This document shows, piece after piece, positions 9,750-17,776 of a stretch of DNA of 43,462 nt. The DNA is from a virus (taxonomy: Duplodnaviria; Caudoviricetes). Position 1 is the stretch's first letter; every line of letters begins with the position of its first letter. Below the pieces are notes generated by a model. That model had not been told where the DNA came from. It was given only the letters and a program-made list of their open reading frames with translations, and ran no database searches. The stretch covers positions 1 to 43,462 of the IMG/VR virus record IMGVR_UViG_3300037313_000819; one strand, 5' to 3'. The translations under genes and the position numbers were made by a program.

Positions 9750-9864
9750 TGGACCCTCGCTGGCAAGAGGATGTGGAAACCCCAGCCCAGGCCATTCCAG
9801 CTGTAGAGCATCGGAATGGACGAGATGCGCTCAGGGATCATGAAGAGGTCGAAGGCGGGCGCGT

Positions 9865-10314
9865 TCATGCCGCTTTCACCAGCTTGGCAAGCTGCGCTTC
9901 GATCGCGTCGCGAGCATTCTCCAGCGTGGCGCGGTTGGCGCGCACTTCCTCTGGATCGACCTTGCCGTCTTCCAGGGCGACAGACAGCGCCAGCGCGGCC
10001 TTCAGGATGGAATTGGTGGCAGCGTGGTCATTGATCTTGCCGGGGCGGGTATCGGCACACAGCCGATCCAGCGCGCCGGTAAAGCGCCCGTTCCACTCCC
10101 GCTTGGCGCGAGCGTAGGTCAGGATGCTCATCTTGGCGGTGCCGTCGACGTACTTGGCGGCCTGAACGTCGCTGACGCCCAGAACCGCGGCGACATCATC
10201 CCAACTCAGGCGGTCAGCGGCCTTGATGGCGAGCAGTTCGGAGCCAACAGCGTCGAGCACCGCGCTTTCGGAAAACACGGTGCGATTGCCAATGATTGTT
10301 GTGCGCTGCGTCAT
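9865..10314 (-). CDS. CII-like regulatory protein
   Basis: HTH-like N-terminus, ALEDGKVDPEE C-terminal motif, position downstream of cro. Confidence 0.6.
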   Translation of the reverse strand: MTQRTTIIGNRTVFSESAVLDAVGSELLAIKAADRLSWDDVAAVLGVSDVQAAKYVDGTAKMSILTYARAKREWNGRFTGALDRLCADTRPGKINDHAATNSILKAALALSVALEDGKVDPEEVRANRATLENARDAIEAQLAKLVKAA

Positions 10315-10505
10315 TTATTTACTCCGCTATGGATGGAATTGGAATCCCGATCGGCAAGGCTGTGAGACTGGCTTGGGCTAGGACGTGCCTGAGGATGGTG
10401 CAGGCGCGATTTGCGCTCAGCGATCAGCCATGCTGCGATGACGAACAGAACGTCGAACGCCACAATGGCTGCCAGGATCGTGAGTGCGATGTTGAGCGGG
10501 GTCAT
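10311..10505 (-). CDS. Small single-TM membrane protein
   Basis: Hydrophobic N-terminus; coupled to neighbours. Confidence 0.6.
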   Translation of the reverse strand: MTPLNIALTILAAIVAFDVLFVIAAWLIAERKSRLHHPQARPSPSQSHSLADRDSNSIHSGVNK

Positions 10506-11185
10506 GCCGCTGCACCGAACAAGGAGCCTTGGCGTTGAGCATCCTCAATCCGCTTGCAGGCGATGTCGAAGTAGCGTTCTTCGATCTCGATACCGATAAA
10601 CGAACGCTTGCAGCGGAACGCGGCGACGCCTGTCGATCCGGAGCCCATGAAGGGGTCCAAGACGACTTGGGCGCCGGGCACGAAGCAGAGGCACCACTCC
10701 ATGATCGCGACAGGCTTCTGTGTGGGATGGCCCGATTTGGCGTATGGGTCTCCGAACGCCTCTATCGCTCGGCGAGAACCGGCGAAGACGTGGCGCATCG
10801 CATAGACGCCCCGGCCTTTGGAGAACCACGCGACCTCGCCGTCGGAGAGGAAGCTGCCCAAGGCCTCGTCGTTGCGCTTGATCCAAACGAGCGAGGTCCC
10901 AGGATTCAAGTACTGAGGGAAATGATTGAACCCCCAAAATATCTGATGCTCGCCGAGCATAAACGGGCGCGGGTCAAACGGCGCGTCGTCGCCGACAATC
11001 GCACCATGATCCGAGCCGGGACCGCGCCGCGTGTTGCCGCCCGAAAAGCGGCTGCTATTGCCGCTGTGCCGCATCCCATACGGCGGGTCGGTCACGACAG
11101 CATCGACCTTGCCGAGCGTCGGCAGGATCTCGCGGCAGTCCCCCAGATACAGGGTCGCGTTGCCGATGATCTCGACGCGGCTCAT
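10502..11185 (-). CDS. DNA N6-adenine/N4-cytosine methyltransferase (beta class)
   Basis: TDPPYG, HPTQKP, VLDPFMGSGSTG, GIEIE motifs. Confidence 0.93.
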   Translation of the reverse strand: MSRVEIIGNATLYLGDCREILPTLGKVDAVVTDPPYGMRHSGNSSRFSGGNTRRGPGSDHGAIVGDDAPFDPRPFMLGEHQIFWGFNHFPQYLNPGTSLVWIKRNDEALGSFLSDGEVAWFSKGRGVYAMRHVFAGSRRAIEAFGDPYAKSGHPTQKPVAIMEWCLCFVPGAQVVLDPFMGSGSTGVAAFRCKRSFIGIEIEERYFDIACKRIEDAQRQGSLFGAAA

Positions 11186-11192
11186 CGCGGCG

Positions 11193-11263
11193 CCTCGGAA
11201 TTAAGCGGGCGCGCGGAATGGGAGGACGCGCGCCCGCCCTCGGTGACGAGGGGACGTCCCGAG
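11193..11263 (-). promoter_or_regulatory. Structured leader upstream of the methyltransferase
   Basis: 11-bp stem GCGGGCGCGCG/CGCGCGCCCGC, second hairpin CCCTCG/CGAGGG, outer CCTCGG/CCGAGG covering the SD. Confidence 0.5.
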
Positions 11264-11342
11264 GTATTGCTGTGATCGAGAGTATCTGCTTGGCACCAGA
11301 AGCAGTGCGGCTCGCTATGGGCGAAGCAGGGCTGCGGCGCGC

Positions 11343-11528
11343 TCAATGGGTGTACCTCAACTTGACGACGGCACAGCGGGAGCACACACCGTGCTGCCGA
11401 TAACCGCCGTTGGTCAGTTCGCCCCAAACCATATGATGCCAGCCAAAGCGGCACCCGAATGGTGTCCGAACAACCCGGTCAGGCCGAAGCGATTTCGGCA
11501 GCGCGCGCTGTTTTTCACCAACGCTCAC
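11343..11528 (-). CDS. Hypothetical protein
   Basis: GTG start overlapping upstream stop; C/H-rich (C..G.H...CxxC). Confidence 0.45.
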   Translation of the reverse strand: MSVGEKQRALPKSLRPDRVVRTPFGCRFGWHHMVWGELTNGGYRQHGVCSRCAVVKLRYTH

Positions 11529-11752
11529 TTGCCTGTCTCCGGTGCTTCGGGGAGTTGCATCCAATGCGAGTAATCATCGATCCGCGACCAACCCTGCTCA
11601 CAGTCGCTATGGACCTCGCCAGTCTCATCGTCCGGCCAGATGACATGCATTTCCCACCAGCTATTTCCGGCGTGGATGTTGGTGACGCAAAGGGCTGCGA
11701 GGAATTTCGTCCCATCCTTCGGCGCGGTCGCGATGGGTTGCCAGCCGGTCAT
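11525..11752 (-). CDS. DUF551-like protein
   Basis: MTGWQPIATAPKDG...SHWMQLPEAP. Confidence 0.8.
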   Translation of the reverse strand: MTGWQPIATAPKDGTKFLAALCVTNIHAGNSWWEMHVIWPDDETGEVHSDCEQGWSRIDDYSHWMQLPEAPETGK

Positions 11753-11991
11753 GCTGCGGCCTGTTCGCCGAGTGCTTCGGGACGACGCGCCTTCGATTTC
11801 AGGTACGCCAGCGCTTCCGGAGAGAGCGATTTGCCTTCGAGGGGCTCCAAGTTCAGCAACGCTTTGCGGCGCCACGGCGGGATGCGCTCGTTAGCCTTCC
11901 AGCTGTGGACCGTCTGGACGGGATCGCCGGTTGCCGTGGCGATGGCAGTGGCCTCGCCTAGCACCTCGAAGATGTGATCGATGACCTGCAT
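11749..11991 (-). CDS. cro: Cro-like repressor
   Basis: HTH ..TVHSWK...IP; divergent from cI. Confidence 0.75.
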   Translation of the reverse strand: MQVIDHIFEVLGEATAIATATGDPVQTVHSWKANERIPPWRRKALLNLEPLEGKSLSPEALAYLKSKARRPEALGEQAAA

Positions 11992-12001
11992 GCCCGCAAC
12001 A

Positions 12002-12020
12002 CTATCCGAAAACCGGATAG
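12002..12020. promoter_or_regulatory. OR operator
   Basis: Perfect palindrome CTATCCG-AAAAC-CGGATAG, same core as the OL sites. Confidence 0.8.
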
Positions 12021-12088
12021 TTTGGCAAGCCCCGCCGAATCCGATTTTAGCGGAGGCGGGAATTTACCCAGCCTGTCACTATGTGGGA

Positions 12089-12667
12089 ATGGATGAAGCC
12101 GCGTTTATCATATTGATGCAGGATCGGATGGCCGCCCACAAGGTGAGCCAGACCGAGCTGGCGAAGATCGCCGGCCTCCCTTCTCAGTCAGCGGTGTCCA
12201 ACCTGTTCAAGGGCAAGCGGCGCTTACGGATGGACGAGCGCGCGAAGATAGCTGCCTACCTGGGAATCGAAGAAGAGCCCAACATTCATTGGGTTCCGCT
12301 GATTGGCCTTGCATCTGCCGGCGCTTGGGCCGAAGCTACGCAAGTGTCAGGGAAATCAATTCCTATTATGCGCCGGGTCGCCGGACCCCGGGCATTTGCC
12401 GTTACCATCAAAGGCGACAGCATGAACTTGCTACTCCCCGAAGGTGGTTACGCAATCGTTGACCCTGACCAGACCAGTCTTTACGCGGGCAAGGTCTACG
12501 TGCTTGAGAACGCTGACTGCGACACCACGGTCAAGCGCTACAAGGGAGACCCTGCCAGGTTTGAGCCGGTCTCCAACAATCCCGACCACCAGCCTCTCGA
12601 TTTATCCGAAACCCAGTTCCGGGTGATCGGTCGCGTTGTCAGCTATGGAAGCGACGACGGTCTCTAA
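12089..12667 (+). CDS. cI: CI repressor (HTH plus S24 autopeptidase)
   Basis: SQTELA...SQSAVSN HTH, ASAG cleavage site, GDSM Ser and TVKR Lys; likely start ATG 12089. Confidence 0.93.
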   Translation: MDEAAFIILMQDRMAAHKVSQTELAKIAGLPSQSAVSNLFKGKRRLRMDERAKIAAYLGIEEEPNIHWVPLIGLASAGAWAEATQVSGKSIPIMRRVAGPRAFAVTIKGDSMNLLLPEGGYAIVDPDQTSLYAGKVYVLENADCDTTVKRYKGDPARFEPVSNNPDHQPLDLSETQFRVIGRVVSYGSDDGL

Positions 12668-12675
12668 ATGAAAAA

Positions 12676-12719
12676 TATCCGAAAACCGGATTGACAGACT
12701 AATCCGAATATCGGATAAC
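12676..12719 (+). promoter_or_regulatory. pL promoter with OL1/OL2 operators
   Basis: TATCCGAAAACCGGATT (12676) and AATCCGAATATCGGATA (12701) flanking TTGACA (12691). Confidence 0.8.
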
Positions 12720-12765
12720 CCCTCTCAGAAGCAAAGCCCTCTGGCTTGCCTCTGGGAGGTTCTGA

Positions 12766-13107
12766 ATGTCGGACAGCAAGACAGATTTGGGCGTTGAGCC
12801 TTCGGCTCCCGGGCTCTCGCCTTCGGTCGAGCCGGTTCCCGTCTCGCCGGCTGACGCCGCTTCGATCCCTAACGCTGGCGAGTTCATTCGCAAGGCGTCG
12901 AACCTTTACCATGCGTCACTCGCTATGGAGGACCCGGCGGATCGCGAAATCTTCGCAACCAAGATTGAGGTAACGCTTCGGGCTACCGCTGATTGGCTGA
13001 CCGCTATTGCGTCAGCGATGAGCGCGCGAAGCGGCGAGACCGAAGGGCTCGCTCCGAAGGACGCCAGCGCGGTGCCGCAGGCAGACGCCCCGGAGTTCCC
13101 GGCATGA
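12766..13107 (+). CDS. Hypothetical protein; both ends encoded by hairpin elements
   Basis: First pL gene, SD GGGAGG; bracketed by elements A-L and A-R. Confidence 0.7.
   Translation: MSDSKTDLGVEPSAPGLSPSVEPVPVSPADAASIPNAGEFIRKASNLYHASLAMEDPADREIFATKIEVTLRATADWLTAIASAMSARSGETEGLAPKDASAVPQADAPEFPA
12789..12875 (-). repeat. Multi-hairpin element copy A-L
   Basis: Minus strand GCGTT-A-GGGATC..CGGC(GTCA)GCCG..CGAG-A-CGG(GAA)CCG-G-CTCG..CC(GAA)GG..GAGCCC-GG-GAGCC(GAA)GGCTC-AACGCCC. Confidence 0.85.
13009..13090 (+). repeat. Multi-hairpin element copy A-R (inverted relative to A-L)
   Basis: GCGTC-A-GCGATG..GC(GAA)GC..CGAG-A-CC(GAA)GG-G-CTCG..TCC(GAA)GGA..CAGCGC-GG-TGCC(GCA)GGCA-GACGCCC. Confidence 0.85.
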
Positions 13108-13286
13108 CCCAGATATCCGAAGAGCTTGTAGAGCGCGCCTTTGCGTTGCTGAACGCGAAATACGTTCAACGCGCCGATGCTCGCCAGCAGTCGATGGGGC
13201 TCCAGTACACCGAGGCGGAAACGCACGATCTAGCGCGTTTGATGGCGCGCTTTGCTGATCAGGTCATTTCGGAGTTGGGCAAGTGA
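13104..13286 (+). CDS. Hypothetical protein
   Basis: MTQISEELVERA...; ATGA overlap. Confidence 0.65.
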   Translation: MTQISEELVERAFALLNAKYVQRADARQQSMGLQYTEAETHDLARLMARFADQVISELGK

Positions 13287-13453
13287 CCGGCGCTCCCGAA
13301 GAGCGGATTCCGCGGTTTGCTTGCGGGCATTATCGCACCGCCAGCAACAGCAAGCTGGTACGCAATAAGACTGGCATAACTTGCGCCACCTGCTTCCGGA
13401 AGCGTGACAAGCTCTATCGCCGCGCCAAGCGTGCTGCGGAGCGCGGGCAATGA
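13283..13453 (+). CDS. Small Zn-binding-type hypothetical protein (56 aa)
   Basis: Manual: MTGAPEERIPRFACGH...CATCFRKRDK...; GTGA/ATGA overlaps at both ends. Confidence 0.6.
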   Translation: MTGAPEERIPRFACGHYRTASNSKLVRNKTGITCATCFRKRDKLYRRAKRAAERGQ

Positions 13454-13641
13454 ACGCCTTCGCCCGCCCCCACCCTACCTCTGTACCCTCAGTAGAGGAA
13501 CTGGCGAAGATCATTGAGCGCCGGACGCCACGTGCGCGTGTGCATCTGCCTGACCCCTCTCCGGACTTCGGATGGCAGGCGGAGGGCGAAAGCCTGGACC
13601 CCTATTACACCAGCCCGTTTGGGCTGCGGAGGACCGTATGA
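13450..13641 (+). CDS. Hypothetical protein
   Basis: 63 aa, coupled to neighbours. Confidence 0.55.
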   Translation: MNAFARPHPTSVPSVEELAKIIERRTPRARVHLPDPSPDFGWQAEGESLDPYYTSPFGLRRTV

Positions 13642-14042
13642 ACAAGGATTCTGAGCGACCCTTCGGGCAACCTGCTGGCGGGGCTTCGCCCCCGAGCCCT
13701 TCGGTCTCGGCCCTGTCGGGCGCTCATCAGGCGCATACTCCGGGGCCTTGGATGCGTGACGGTATTTCCGTCACTGTCGAGAGACCGGCAGGCCGAAAGC
13801 GCACCGCTATCGCCACAGCTTACCCGGACACATCCATATCATCCAGCGCTAGTTACAGTAGGATGATCAGCAACGCCCGCCTGATAGCAGCGGCCCCTGA
13901 TCTTCTGGAGGCGCTGGAGGTCTTCGTCTCGCAATACGTCGAACTCGTAGAGAGTGGCGACGCTGGCAACTGGGATGCCGAGACAGAGCCGAAGGTAATC
14001 GCCGCTCGCACCGCCATCGCCAAAGCCCGAGGTCTCTCATGA
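13638..14042 (+). CDS. Hypothetical phage protein (HTPGPW...NARLIAAAPDLLEAL family) with N-terminal hairpin element
   Basis: Recurrent phage motif; start ATG 13638 with SD GGAGG. Confidence 0.8.
   Translation: MNKDSERPFGQPAGGASPPSPSVSALSGAHQAHTPGPWMRDGISVTVERPAGRKRTAIATAYPDTSISSSASYSRMISNARLIAAAPDLLEALEVFVSQYVELVESGDAGNWDAETEPKVIAARTAIAKARGLS
13653..13734 (-). repeat. Multi-hairpin element copy B-L (no partner seen)
   Basis: Minus strand GCG-CCTGATG..GCCC(GACA)GGGC-CGAG-A-CC(GAA)GG-G-CTCG-GGGGC(GAA)GCCCC..CAGCAGG-TTG-CCC(GAA)GGG-TCGCTC. Confidence 0.85.
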
Positions 14043-14242
14043 GCGCACCCGGAAATCCGGCAGCCTTCCCCTGCTCTCCGGGTGACGTGCCATTCTGGAA
14101 TGAGGGCATGACCCTGCGAGATTACTTCGCTGGGCAGGCGCTGGCAATGTCCATGCCTGACAGCCCGCAACACTTGGCTGATTGGGCATACCGAGTTGCC
14201 GACGCCATGCTCGCCGAGCGCGCAAAGGTAGGTCTCTCATGA
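14039..14242 (+). CDS. Hypothetical phage protein (PAFP...GMTLRDYFA...AY.VADAML family)
   Basis: Recurrent phage motif. Confidence 0.85.
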   Translation: MSAPGNPAAFPCSPGDVPFWNEGMTLRDYFAGQALAMSMPDSPQHLADWAYRVADAMLAERAKVGLS

Positions 14243-14397
14243 GCGCGGAAAATCCGAGCCGGGAAGAGCGGGCATGGATACTGCTGTGCCAGCGCCTCGA
14301 GCGCAATCCGGACACTTCCGAAGAATACGAGACGTGCACTCTGCGCTCGGCCTGGAAAGCCATGATCGCGTTCGAAGCGCAGGAGCGTCTCTCATGA
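14239..14397 (+). CDS. Hypothetical protein
   Basis: MSAENPSREERAW...; ATGA overlap. Confidence 0.6.
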   Translation: MSAENPSREERAWILLCQRLERNPDTSEEYETCTLRSAWKAMIAFEAQERLS

Positions 14398-14431
14398 TCT
14401 CCCACCATTCCGATACTAAAGGAGGAGGCCT

Positions 14432-14641
14432 GTGACCAACGCTGAACTCGCGAAAGAGCTTTCGGCGCGCGCGGTCATCGCCGCCGTGATTTTCGGGCTG
14501 ATTTATCTGCTCGGCGCATTTAACGCGGCTTCTTTCGACATAACGAAATGGGAAATCGGCCTTCGAGCTGGCGTGTCGTTCATCGGCGGGATCGTCGCGC
14601 TGCTGATCAGTGCATATCCGTTCGAACGGTTCACGTCATGA
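14432..14641 (+). CDS. Small two-TM membrane protein
   Basis: Strong SD AGGAGG; two hydrophobic segments. Confidence 0.7.
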   Translation: MTNAELAKELSARAVIAAVIFGLIYLLGAFNAASFDITKWEIGLRAGVSFIGGIVALLISAYPFERFTS

Positions 14642-14738
14642 TCTCCCCTCCCTCACAGGCTCAGGACCATAGCTGGAAGCTTGTTGCTGCTGGGTTGGTC
14701 GTTGGGGTGCTGATTACCTGGATCAGGAGCTTAATCTG

Positions 14739-14987
14739 ATGCCCACATTCGCACGCCGCATCGACGCGCTCGGTGGAACCGAGTCCGACCAGTCCGAGGA
14801 TTGGAACGACGGCTACAGCGCCGCTCTGCGTGAAGCAACGGATATCGCAGAAGAAGCCGATGATGTGATTTCCGAACTCGTCGGGAGCATCGAAGACTTC
14901 CTGAGCGGCAACTTCAGCCATCTCCCGCGCTTCGCGGAGGAGGCGGAAACGCTTTGCCGTCGCATCAACGAGAGGACTGCACGATGA
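14739..14987 (+). CDS. Hypothetical protein
   Basis: 82 aa, SD AGGAG, acidic. Confidence 0.65.
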   Translation: MPTFARRIDALGGTESDQSEDWNDGYSAALREATDIAEEADDVISELVGSIEDFLSGNFSHLPRFAEEAETLCRRINERTAR

Positions 14988-15358
14988 ACGCGAAGCATTG
15001 GTCCATTGCGACTGCGATTGAACAAATCGACAAGTGCGATTTCGAGTGTGAAGCTGGCCCCTTGTCGCTCAACCAAGGTTATATCTGGCTGAAAGCAGCG
15101 GCGAAAGTTGGTCCGCAATTCTGGCCCGGCCAAGGCGTGTGGTACAAAATAACCGGCGAAATCTCCGGCTTCCAAATGGAGCGCTGGGCGCATCTCTACA
15201 TCGTCGGATGCGCGATGTCGTCGGATACCGAGCAACGTCTATGGACGTACTCGCTCAGCAGCGATCCGCCGGCTCCGTGGCACTATGGGACTGTCGCGTT
15301 TACCGGCGTTACTGAAACCGCGCTCAGTTTGGTCGACCCCGCGAAGGAGGACGCCTGA
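14984..15358 (+). CDS. Hypothetical protein
   Basis: MNAKHW...CDFECEAGPL; ATGA overlap. Confidence 0.65.
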   Translation: MNAKHWSIATAIEQIDKCDFECEAGPLSLNQGYIWLKAAAKVGPQFWPGQGVWYKITGEISGFQMERWAHLYIVGCAMSSDTEQRLWTYSLSSDPPAPWHYGTVAFTGVTETALSLVDPAKEDA

Positions 15359-15359
15359 C

Positions 15360-15587
15360 ATGCGCACCCCCGCACACACCCTCCCCTTCCTAGGTCCCGA
15401 ACCTGAATACCAGCATGCAAATGGGTTCATGAGGGAAGAGCCGACGTTCGATACGATCCGGCGGTACTGGTTCGACCAGGACTTCGCCGACGAAATCGAC
15501 GCCGAGACCGCTGCCATGCGCGCGAAAGCCCATGCCGCGATCGATGCCTGCATTCAACGCAATCGGGAGAAAAACCGTGGCAACTAA
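15360..15587 (+). CDS. Hypothetical protein
   Basis: MRTPAH..., SD AGGAGG. Confidence 0.6.
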   Translation: MRTPAHTLPFLGPEPEYQHANGFMREEPTFDTIRRYWFDQDFADEIDAETAAMRAKAHAAIDACIQRNREKNRGN

Positions 15588-16326
15588 GGCCATCACCACC
15601 ACTGATACGTCCAGCGAAGTCGCTGATTATAGCGGCGGCTTGCTCGCTGTGATCGAGCGCGCGGCCCGCGATCCGAATGTCGACATTGAAAAGCTTGAGC
15701 GCCTCTTTTCCCTGAAAGAGCGGATGGATGCGCGGGAGGCTGAGACGGCGTTCAATGCAGCGATGAGTGCTGCCCAGGCCGAGATGCGGCCGATCGCTGC
15801 GGATGCCATGAACCCACAGACGCGCAGCAAGTATGCCAGCTTTGCTGCGCTCGATAAAGCCATTCGCCCGATCTACACGAAGCACGGCTTTTCACTGAGC
15901 TTTGATGAAGCTGACTGCCCAAAGCCCGATTACGTTCGGGTGGTCTGCTACGTTTCGTGCGCTGGCCACACCCGCATCTATCACCGCGATATGCCGGCGG
16001 ATGGCAAGGGCGCCAAGGGCAATGACGTGATGACCAAGACGCATGCGGCCGGCGCCGCCGGTTCCTACGGCGCACGCTATCTGCTCAGGGGCATTTTCAA
16101 CCTGGCCGTCGGTGAGGATGACCGCGACGGGAATGAAGACGATGATGTGATGATCGACGCCAAGCAGTGCGCCGAGCTTCGCAAGCTGATCGAGCAGGCT
16201 GGCGTCACTGAGGAATCGTTCTGCGATTACGTCAAGTGCGGGACGCTGCCCGAACTGGCGGCAAAGCACTTCGACCGCGCCAAGGGCGTGCTGACCCAGC
16301 GGATTAACGCGGGGGCGGGCAAATGA
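15577..16326 (+). CDS. erf: ERF-family single-strand annealing protein
   Basis: DIEKLERL, AFNAAM..AQ, KYA, GS..SYG.RY.L..IFN.A..EDDRDG; GTG start. Confidence 0.88.
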   Translation: MATKAITTTDTSSEVADYSGGLLAVIERAARDPNVDIEKLERLFSLKERMDAREAETAFNAAMSAAQAEMRPIAADAMNPQTRSKYASFAALDKAIRPIYTKHGFSLSFDEADCPKPDYVRVVCYVSCAGHTRIYHRDMPADGKGAKGNDVMTKTHAAGAAGSYGARYLLRGIFNLAVGEDDRDGNEDDDVMIDAKQCAELRKLIEQAGVTEESFCDYVKCGTLPELAAKHFDRAKGVLTQRINAGAGK

Positions 16327-16982
16327 TGGAAATCGTCAATTGCGAGCAGGGCACGCCGGAGTGGTTCGCAGCTCGCGCAGGCATCCCAACCGCAAGCATG
16401 TTCGCCACCGTCATGGCTTCAGGCCGTGGCGGCGGGGACAGCAAGACCCGCGCGAAATACCTCTACCAGCTTGCGGGCGAGATCATCACGGGCGAGCCCG
16501 TGGAGAGCTATTCCAACGCTCATATGGAGCGTGGCAAAGAGATGGAGGGTGAGGCCCGAGATACCTACGCCTTCATCCACGGCGTTACCCCCCAGCAGAT
16601 CGGCTTTATCCGCAGCGGCGCGAAGGGGTGCAGCCCGGATAGCCTGATTGGCGCGGATGGCATGTGCGAGATCAAGACCAAGCTCCCGCATCTGCAAATC
16701 GAGGTTCTGTTGCGCGGCGGCTGTCCGCCCGAGCACAAGGCGCAATGCCAGGGTGCGCTTTGGGTAGCGGAGCGCGAATGGATCGACTTCGTATCCTACT
16801 GGCCGAAGATGCCCCTGTTCGTTCACCGGGTGCACCGCGACGAGGACTATATCAAGGCGCTGTCGGAAGGCGTTGACGCCTTCAACGAAGAGCTTTCGGC
16901 GCTGGTGGAGCGCGTGCGCGCCATGGGCGGCGAGCCAGCGAATGATGATGGCTGGAAGACCAACGTCCTGAGGGCTGGATGA
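16323..16982 (+). CDS. YqaJ/lambda-exonuclease-family recombination nuclease
   Basis: QGTPEWF..R.G..TAS, SPD, EIK, QCQG.LWV. Confidence 0.92.
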   Translation: MMEIVNCEQGTPEWFAARAGIPTASMFATVMASGRGGGDSKTRAKYLYQLAGEIITGEPVESYSNAHMERGKEMEGEARDTYAFIHGVTPQQIGFIRSGAKGCSPDSLIGADGMCEIKTKLPHLQIEVLLRGGCPPEHKAQCQGALWVAEREWIDFVSYWPKMPLFVHRVHRDEDYIKALSEGVDAFNEELSALVERVRAMGGEPANDDGWKTNVLRAG

Positions 16983-17197
16983 TGCGTGCGCGCCGCCCCT
17001 CCCCCAGCGAAATCCGCATGGAAGAGCTTTGCGCCCTTCGTCGTGACCTGACGGAGGACGAGCAGGCCGAGATCATGGCACTGAAGCGCCGCATCACCAA
17101 CGCGCGCTGCGTCCGCCGTCGATATGCGCGAGACCCGCAATTCCGCCAGAGCGAGATTGAGCGCAACCTGCGGCGCTACCGGGAGCTCCGGGCATGA
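16979..17197 (+). CDS. Hypothetical basic protein
   Basis: 72 aa, coupled to neighbours. Confidence 0.55.
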   Translation: MMRARRPSPSEIRMEELCALRRDLTEDEQAEIMALKRRITNARCVRRRYARDPQFRQSEIERNLRRYRELRA

Positions 17198-17577
17198 CGT
17201 TCCTAGGCCCCGCAGCCTTGCGCAACCGCAAGAAGAACGCACCGCGCCCTGCGTGGAAAGTGGCCGATGCTTTCAGGCAATGGCTCAGAGGAAGGCCATG
17301 TGCGTGCCAGGGCAAGAACCCCGACTGCGGCGGCCCGATGCGATCTGCGCACGTCGATTACGCTGGTTCGAAGGGCATGGGAACGAAAGTCGCGGATTCC
17401 GACTGCATCCCACTCTCGGACAACTGCCACCGCCTCCAGCATACCATCGGCTGGCGCTCTTTCGAGGTGAAGTACCTCAAGGGCGAAGGCTCCGGGCAGG
17501 CAATGTCGAACGAATACTGGAGCGCGTGGCCCGGCCGCAAGGCGTGGGAACAGCAACTGGAGGCCCGCAATGGCTGA
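17194..17577 (+). CDS. Putative HNH-like nuclease (DUF968/HNHc-like)
   Basis: W.R..PC.C...AHV....GMG.K..D...IPL...CH..QH. Confidence 0.75.
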   Translation: MTFLGPAALRNRKKNAPRPAWKVADAFRQWLRGRPCACQGKNPDCGGPMRSAHVDYAGSKGMGTKVADSDCIPLSDNCHRLQHTIGWRSFEVKYLKGEGSGQAMSNEYWSAWPGRKAWEQQLEARNG

Positions 17578-17776
17578 TGTTCAACCCTGCGATTTCTGCG
17601 GCGCGCCAGTCGTTTGGACGGCCGAGCAGATCAACCTCGACTTGGCCCTCAAGCTGCGCGGATCGCCTCACTGCACCGGGCTCGGCGTGATGTGCGACGC
17701 CTGCGACGACAAGCAAATCACCCTCATGATCGCTGAAATGGAGCGCGATGCGCTGGAGGAGGAAGACGATGCGTGA
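17570..17776 (+). CDS. Small Zn-finger-type protein
   Basis: CDFC...CDAC. Confidence 0.55.
   Translation: MADVQPCDFCGAPVVWTAEQINLDLALKLRGSPHCTGLGVMCDACDDKQITLMIAEMERDALEEEDDA

Noticed and set aside
12789-13090. Canonical integron attC sites
   Set aside because: The GCGTTAG end resembles attC, but the elements are branched multi-hairpins in inverted pairs without RYYYAAC..GTTRRRY boxes, and the integrase is a tRNA-targeting phage type with its own attP
13653-13734. Hammerhead ribozyme (CUGAUGAG..stem..CGAGA on the minus strand)
   Set aside because: GAAA is replaced by GAGA, CUGA is absent from most family copies, and the CCTG is paired with CAGG in the covarying stem
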